Origin: a virus
Taxonomy: Duplodnaviria > Caudoviricetes
IMG/VR virus record: IMGVR_UViG_2877079323_000003
Span: 5,715-69,714 of that record
Length of the DNA stretch: 64,000 bases
Direction: 5' to 3' (one strand)
This document shows positions 59,502 through 64,000 of the stretch, piece after piece (the stretch's first letter is position 1; each line of letters starts with the position of its first letter). The position numbers and the translations under genes are program-made. The notes under the pieces are model-generated. The model saw only the letters and a program-made list of their open reading frames with translations, made no database searches and was not told the DNA's origin.

Positions 59502-60819
59502 GAGTCGTACCTCCTTCGAAAGTACTGGTCGATGATCTCTGCCTCATTGGCGTAGGTTGCGGCTCGCTCCTCGACCTTCTGGACGTACTCGTTGACTGCG
59601 CGTCTCTTCAGGCGCTTGTCGAAGAAGGCGAGGGCGAGGAGTACCAGCCAGATCGGGATTCCTAGGTGTACGAGGCACGGACGTTAGTTACGCGATGCCG
59701 GCGGTAAGCGGCAGGCGGTCGTCCTCCGCGTGTTGAATGCGGTCGGTGGTAATTATAGTGAACATTCCAGATTTCGACGGCAGTGCGCCGCTCGGCTTCG
59801 CTGGTGTACTCGCGGGAGTACAGCAGTTCTTCGGCGAGGATACGGTTGTAGCGTTCGACCTTCCCGTTATGTTTCGGGGTGTACGGCTTGATGCGGTAGT
59901 GCCGCGTTTCTCGCAGTGAAGATGTGAAATCTGCTGCCCTGTAGCATGATCCGTTGTCCGTGATCACGCGCTCGATACGGGTGATGCCGTGGGCGGCGAA
60001 GAAGAATCGGGCGTTGTTCATGAAATCGATGGCTGTTGCTGCGGTTTCGTTGTCGCGGGCCTCGGTGTACGCCAGGCGGGTGTTGCCGTCGATCGCGGAA
60101 TGCAGGTAGGTGTAACCGACACGGGCCTGCTTGTTCTTCGTTTTCCGGCGTTGGGATCGTTTGGCCTTGTCGGAGCCGCGGCCGTGGGCACGCCACCCGC
60201 CGCCGTCCGGGATCTTCCCGACTTTCTTGACGTCGACGTGGACCATCTGACCAGGTCGCTTGGCGGCGATGACCTGGGGTTTTCGGTTGGTTTCGCCGTT
60301 CGGGTCGATGAACCGGCGACGGTGCAATCCCAGGTTCCGCAGGATTTTCGTGACTGTTCGACGAGCAATGACGATGCCGTCGGTACGCAGTTCGAACGTG
60401 ATGCGCGAGGCCGACCATTTCCGGGTCCGGCGCATCGCTTCGATCTCGGCCACGACCTCCGTTGCTGTGGCAGTCGGGTGATGTTTCGGTGCGCTGGACC
60501 GGTCCTGAATTCCCAGGTCACCGTATTTGCGATACCGGTTGACCCACTTGGAGGCGCATTGGCGGGAGATACCCATTTCGGCGGCTACGTGGGCGATCGG
60601 ACGACTCTGGCACCGCTCGATCAGGCGGCGTCTTCCTTCAACAGTAAGTGGGGCATTACGGTGTGTCACAGGGCTGGTCCTTTTTGGTCGAGAACGGTTG
60701 TGTCGCAACTCCCATTCTTACGCCGAGGACCAGCCCGTCCCCTTCAGTCCCGCGTCAGCAACGTCCATACCCACAACACCTAGGATGAACAGAAATGCAA
60801 GTGCGCTTAACAGCTCCAT
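59498..60819 (-). pseudogene. Small membrane protein split by IS481
   Basis: MELLSALAFLFILG rejoins IPIWLVLLALAFFDKRLK across CCTAGG. Confidence 0.6.
59667..60778 (-). mobile_element. IS481-family element (transposase 59662-60708)
   Basis: TGT...ACA ends, duplication CCTAGG. Confidence 0.95.
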
Positions 60820-60936
60820 GATTTACCCTTCGGGGCTTCAGTATCTTCCGATGTTCATTCGGCGACTCTCGGTTGAGTGGATCTGAATCGAGAGTTACGC
60901 GGCAGATGCCACCTGAGACGTGAAGTAAAGTCGCCA

Positions 60937-60976
60937 CACTTACGGGGACAGGCAGCGTCTCCTGTCCCCGTAAGTG
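60937..60976. repeat. Perfect 16-bp inverted repeat with 8-nt loop
   Basis: CACTTACGGGGACAGG / CCTGTCCCCGTAAGTG. Confidence 0.8.
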
Positions 60977-60986
60977 GTCCTGCGAC

Positions 60987-61250
60987 CTAATGGCGATATT
61001 TCATCGCGTTCGGAGTGCGGAGTACGTACTCATCAAGTGCGCGATTCATAGCGATCATGCTGCGTACGTACTCCATGCGATCGGCGTCTTGATCGAGCAG
61101 ACGGCGATCGTGGACTGAGAGTGGCGCGGGTTGAACTGTGGTTTCGCGCCGACTATCAGGTTGAGACTTGTTGCGCTGGAAGGCCCACCAGAACATGCCA
61201 GCAAACCAGACTGCGATGACTGCCGCTGCAATGATCATTTCCATGGTCAC
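60987..61250 (-). CDS. Small protein with N-terminal TM
   Basis: Hydrophobic N-terminus, coupled to the upstream ORF. Confidence 0.5.
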   Translation of the reverse strand: MTMEMIIAAAVIAVWFAGMFWWAFQRNKSQPDSRRETTVQPAPLSVHDRRLLDQDADRMEYVRSMIAMNRALDEYVLRTPNAMKYRH

Positions 61251-61773
61251 TGCCCCATCATGCGTCGGCGCTGGCGCTCGGTGACGTTTGACGCGAATGC
61301 CGTCACGAAACCGTGAACAATGGCATTGCCAACCTCGTCATTGCCTACTCGTGCACGTCCGGCCTCGGAAATATTGAGAGCCCAGTGCAAGTTGTCCGTG
61401 CTGGCCATGTACTCGAAGGCGTTAGCTTCTTGTTCCAGTGCCACCCGAAGTGCGTACTGTTCCAACAGCCCGCTCGGTGATGTGGTGCTGACTTCGGTCG
61501 GTGTCCCGTTGTACTCACCGCGAGTAAGTTGCTTCTTCACTTGAATCTCCTTGTGGGAGTTGAGGCACCGCCACAAGTGGCGCGGTGCGAAGCGGTTGGA
61601 AGCGACGTTCAAACCGCCTGTATCGAACTGCGGTTGAAGGCGCTTCCTGTGTGGAGTTTTCAATCTGCGTCGATCCGTTGGCTTGCGATCTGGAATGAAC
61701 GTAACAGCTGTGAAGTTCGTCGTCAACGAGAAAGTTCAGCATCGAACGGCAAATCTGACACGCGGCATATAGC

Positions 61774-62574
61774 TTGCGCCGACAAGTGACGTACGCTACG
61801 GGCATGACTGATCGCTCAGACGTTCCTCGGGATGCTGCAATGACTGCAAGCGCACGAACCAAGCGTCGGCGGACGCGGAACTTCATCCTTGACGCGCTTG
61901 GTGAGCAGAGGTGGGATGACCGCAAGATGTTTACCGTGATCAATGTGGCGAAGGCGGCAGGCATCAGCACTCCGACCTTCTATAGCTACTTCCACGGGCT
62001 TGACGAAGCTGTGAGGGCCTACTTGCTTCGCCTTATTGCTCCGAGTGAAGTGGTCCACGAAGAGCCGCCGCAGGAATTTCATGAATCCTGGCAAAGGTTG
62101 AGAGTGATGTCCGCGGACGCGATTTCACTACTGACAACGTCGGATGCTGCGCCTAGTGCATTTGATCAATCCATCGAAAGTCATCGCGTACCAGACGATT
62201 TGGAGTTTTCCGCACCCAATGTTCTCAGGGATCGGCTGTTCTACGCCATTCTGATCGGCTATCGGGTTAGTGTCGAACTAGATGTTCGGTTTCCGTTGGC
62301 GCGCGTAGACGTGACTGCCGGACTCTTCGTGAAAGAGGCAATCGATGTTGTAGAGCGATACCTGAATTCGGTTCTAGACAACGAAGATCAAGTAGCAATC
62401 AACTACCACGTATACGGCGCAATCTATGCCCGCCGCATCTTGAACTTTACTGACGAAGAGGATGGTTGGGCCACTGCTAGGAAGGCCGCTGATGCTCTCA
62501 CTGAGTACCTGACCGCTAAGTACCCTACGCCTTCCATTCAATCTGAATCAGTTCAGGATCAAACCTCCACTTAG
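61774..62574 (+). CDS. TetR-like HTH transcriptional regulator
   Basis: RRTRNFILDA...TVINVAKAAGISTPTFYSYF. Confidence 0.75.
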   Translation: MRRQVTYATGMTDRSDVPRDAAMTASARTKRRRTRNFILDALGEQRWDDRKMFTVINVAKAAGISTPTFYSYFHGLDEAVRAYLLRLIAPSEVVHEEPPQEFHESWQRLRVMSADAISLLTTSDAAPSAFDQSIESHRVPDDLEFSAPNVLRDRLFYAILIGYRVSVELDVRFPLARVDVTAGLFVKEAIDVVERYLNSVLDNEDQVAINYHVYGAIYARRILNFTDEEDGWATARKAADALTEYLTAKYPTPSIQSESVQDQTST

Positions 62575-64000
62575 ACTTGTACTTTGGGTACTTGTAACCC
62601 GACACGCGAGGGAGGGGGTGGACAGAGATCCGATCAATGAGTAGAAACAACAGTGAACGCTGCCATTCAAGTGTCTCGTTCTCCCACCGTTCACGGAGGT
62701 CGCCGCTTACGTCTGTCGTGTTGACTGCCTCGCTCACTAACTCGGCATCAATTTGCTTGGTGATGAGCGCTAAGTCGTTGTCTGCCTGCGTCTTTGCGCG
62801 TTCGAACTGCTCGCGTGTGAGAAGTTTGTTGACGTAGTAGTCATCCGTGATCTCGTTGATTGACGATTCTAAGGCTCGCTGTTGGTCGTTCAGTGTCTTC
62901 AACGTGTCTGCGCTCGTCTTGTGTTTGTGGAGTGTCGTAGCGAGCTCGGGTGAGTTGAGACGGAACATAATTGAGTCCACAACCAGGTCGATGATCGGCT
63001 CGACCATTCGCGAAACCTTCCCGCATCCGTGCTGGCGACCCGTTTGGTTGTCAGTCTTTCCACACGCGGCCGTGGTCTTGTACGACCCGTCTCTTTGCTG
63101 CTTGCTTTTGTGGAACATCTTCTCGCCACAGGCCCCGCAGATGAGGAACCCTTTCAATAGATGCTTGCGCGCCCGTCCGGGATGAGGTGACTTCCTTCGG
63201 CTGATGTCGATCGCAAGCTTGAGGTTCGCCCACTCGTCTGGGCTGAGGATTGCAGGTGACTGGGCGGGATACTCGACACCCTTGTGCAGCACGATCCCTG
63301 CATTGATCGGTCGGATCAAGACGTTGCGAACCTTGAGTGAGTTCCAGTCCTTGCCGTGGGTTGTTCGGATTCCTCGTTGATTCAAGCTGACTGCAATCGA
63401 CCACCATGACCGCCCGACGACGAACCTCTCGTACATGTCACGGATGATGGCGGCCTCGCTCTCGCGGATAGCTTTGCGCTGAGGCTCGAAGCCGAAGGGG
63501 CGTTGCCCTCCGAGGTACTTGCCATCCTTGGCGGCTTGCAACTTGGCGGTCTGCTGGCGCTCGATCATGTGTTCGACTTCGTACCGGGCCGCCGCACCGA
63601 TGATCCGGGCGTTGAAACGGCCTGAGGGTGTGGACAGGTCAATGTGGCCGGCAAGAACGGTGTGGGTCGTCACACGATGGATCTCGGATACGTCGACATA
63701 TTCCTCGAGTTCGACGGGAGATCTCTGCAAGCGGTCCTGGTGGTATGCCAGAACCGTCCCGACAGCGCCTGTCCTCATCAGCTCCAGCAACTGTTTGTAG
63801 CCGGGCCTGGGCTTTCCGGAGTACGCGCTGATGTCGTTGTCTACGAGTACGTGCTGAACCGAGAGGCCGAGGCGATCGGCCATTACGCGGCAGTCTGATT
63901 GCTGGCGTTCGACTCCAGCGCTTTTGCCTGTTTTATCGCTACTGATTCGGCAGTAGATTGCCGCGAAGGTGTTGGGAGAGTTGGTAATTCGGTCTTGCAT
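62525..64000 (-). CDS. int: Large serine recombinase (integrase)
   Basis: AIYCRIS, DRLQR, GGQRPFGF, recombinase domain, HLLKGFLICGACG zinc ribbon, coiled coil. Confidence 0.93.
   Translation of the reverse strand: MQDRITNSPNTFAAIYCRISSDKTGKSAGVERQQSDCRVMADRLGLSVQHVLVDNDISAYSGKPRPGYKQLLELMRTGAVGTVLAYHQDRLQRSPVELEEYVDVSEIHRVTTHTVLAGHIDLSTPSGRFNARIIGAAARYEVEHMIERQQTAKLQAAKDGKYLGGQRPFGFEPQRKAIRESEAAIIRDMYERFVVGRSWWSIAVSLNQRGIRTTHGKDWNSLKVRNVLIRPINAGIVLHKGVEYPAQSPAILSPDEWANLKLAIDISRRKSPHPGRARKHLLKGFLICGACGEKMFHKSKQQRDGSYKTTAACGKTDNQTGRQHGCGKVSRMVEPIIDLVVDSIMFRLNSPELATTLHKHKTSADTLKTLNDQQRALESSINEITDDYYVNKLLTREQFERAKTQADNDLALITKQIDAELVSEAVNTTDVSGDLRERWENETLEWQRSLLFLLIDRISVHPLPRVSGYKYPKYKSKWRFDPELIQIEWKA

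Noticed and set aside
62525-64000. attL/attR sites
   Set aside because: The window ends at the integrase start codon and the left end is IS-disrupted, so no boundary can be identified

Overview
The window is almost entirely one ~63 kb integrated element: a siphovirus-type prophage in a probably actinobacterial host (high-GC IS3 and IS481 copies, Lsr2). A leftward early region (ERF, ParB-like, YopX, resolvase, ArdA) and a rightward accessory region precede a full morphogenesis block (TerS/TerL, portal, MuF, Mu-like protease, capsid, tail tube, frameshifted chaperone, tape measure, baseplate, M23 endolysin, holin). The right end carries a coupling-protein-like ATPase, a TetR-like regulator and a large serine recombinase. 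Six complete IS insertions and one IS3/IS481 chimera break terL, MuF, the head-tail connector and other genes, so the prophage is probably defective. Main observations: (1) two ~1 kb gene-free, highly base-paired regions (600-1655 minus, ~13500-14400 plus) are homologous and each contains a tRNA-like core with a conserved insertion inside the T-loop, suggesting a possibly undescribed large ncRNA family; (2) a Pycsar-like operon with two tandem cyclases; (3) a portal fused to an Acb1-like 2H phosphoesterase flanked by candidate protease sites; (4) relaxase, coupling protein and anti-restriction genes inside a phage; (5) a four-copy 43-bp promoter, each copy next to a DnaA-box-like 9-mer; (6) several genes that resemble Saccharibacteria/CPR proteins. 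All family calls come from motifs recognised by eye; no searches were run.
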